NCBI GenBank assembly: GCA_977017645.1
Contig: OZ360220.1
Coordinates: forward strand, 157,852,001-157,916,000
Length of the DNA: 64,000 nucleotides
DNA from: Torpedo marmorata
Lineage: Eukaryota
Direction of reading: 5' to 3'
How positions within the stretch are numbered: position 1 is the stretch's first letter; each line of letters opens with the position of its first letter. A model generated the notes under the pieces. That model saw only the letters and a list, made by a program, of their open reading frames with translations, was not told the origin of the DNA and did no database searches. The position numbers and the translations under genes were made by a program. Positions 62,814 through 64,000 of this stretch are shown one piece after another.

Positions 62814-64000
62814 GTGAGTAGAACTGAAGTTGTGTTCTTCCTTAATTATTTTTAACACTGCCTAATTTGCTTTGCTGATTCTACTCACCCTTCTCTCTTC
62901 AGTGTGTGCTATCTGGTTTTGTGCCAAGGGATCGAAGCTTTGCTCACTCTTCTCTCAGAACAGGTGTAAAACACAATCTAATTTTTAATTCTACCTATGT
63001 TTGGTGCTGATTGGCATTAGGATAAAACCATGCAGGATATTTTGCTTGATTAAATTGTCATAGAACCCTGGGCTGTGTCAGTGCATCTGACATGGGACTC
63101 TTTAACATCTGGATACAAAGCTCTAACCTCAACTGCATGCATGGATGTGGCAGTTTGTGTTTGTACATTGGAAACAGGCATGTTGTACATGCTCAGAGGT
63201 GTTTAACCTTTTAACTGGGCTAATTACATATTTATTATGTAATCTACAATATTCATAAGGTGTGCTGTGTTCTTATATGCCTCTATGTGTGCTGCTGTGT
63301 GCATGAGGCACATTAGAAATAGTATTTTGTGATGATGTTTGTATAAGTGTTCTGGGATGTTTTCAATCATTCATTGTATGAGGTTTTCAAAAGGTGGTAA
63401 GGCCAGCTTGCAGTGTTCAATGCACCATCAGACTTGAGTTCTGTGCACTTAAACTGTTCCCATAAACAAATGGAGTTAATGTGATGAAGTATTGTTGCTA
63501 GTCAAAAAAACATGCCGTCGCAGAACAATGTAACATGTTGACATTCCTGATTCCCTCCCTCGAAATGCTCACTATCTCGGGCACACAGAGGACAAGGGTT
63601 CCTACTTATGGAGGGAAGGATGATCAGGGACAGAGCAGTGTGATCAGAGGATAGGGAGCAGGTCATCCGTCAGTCTGTCAACTGTGGAATGCTGCACAGC
63701 TTAAGAAAGCAGAGATGCTTGACCAAAGAATAAAAAATAGGCCAATTACTATATTAGGTTTGTGGTAAAATTAAATTTTAGACACAGGATGTTAGTTTAA
63801 GAAATGACACTGAAAGTTTTCTTCTTATTCTTTCCTGGGATTTGGGCATCGCAGGCATAGTACGACTACATTTGCCCTTGGGAGTCTGAGGATGATGTGG
63901 CTGTTTGAACAACTGATGATCACGTGCTTTATACTCTTCTTGTGATCTGCTACAGCTCAGTGGCACAACAGATCACAACATAAGTATTACCAACATGCTG

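Noticed and set aside
1-64000. Prokaryote-type systems (operons, CRISPR, defence islands), rRNA, snoRNA or known miRNA genes
   Set aside because: None recognisable; the sequence is a spliced vertebrate gene with TE-rich introns.

Overview
Eukaryotic (vertebrate) genomic DNA. The repeat families point to a cartilaginous fish (shark/ray): CR1 with esterase ORF1, Rex1/Babar, L1/Tx1-like, Penelope-like elements, V-SINEs and a Deu-SINE. The window lies inside one + strand host gene that the ORF track misses: dennd1a (connecdenn-1). Seven phase-compatible GT-AG exons can be read directly (12508-12609, 14434-14524, 20009-20049, 26251-26322, 33493-33549, 38114-38245, 62754-62813). They encode the end of the DENN module, the FxDxF motif and the start of the C-terminal tail. 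Most of the rest is transposon-derived, and nearly all long ORFs in the track are TE remnants or GC-rich chance frames. Main points of interest: (1) a recurrent ~0.8 kb GC-rich, non-tRNA, non-coding retroposon (5 copies) with a fixed YY1-like head and a Rex1-type 3' tail, placed in inverted pairs around dennd1a exons; (2) Penelope-like elements with minimal hammerhead-ribozyme motifs and clear TSDs, plus palindromic mini-derivatives; (3) candidate unannotated microexons and a poison exon, and a possible TE-supplied branch point; (4) an internally deleted Gypsy element with tRNA-Trp PBS; (5) a Tigger-like MITE with a 44-bp hairpin; (6) TE-free, motif-dense intronic blocks that may be conserved enhancers. 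Family assignments rest on recognition by eye and no searches were run. Boundaries of old repeats are approximate.
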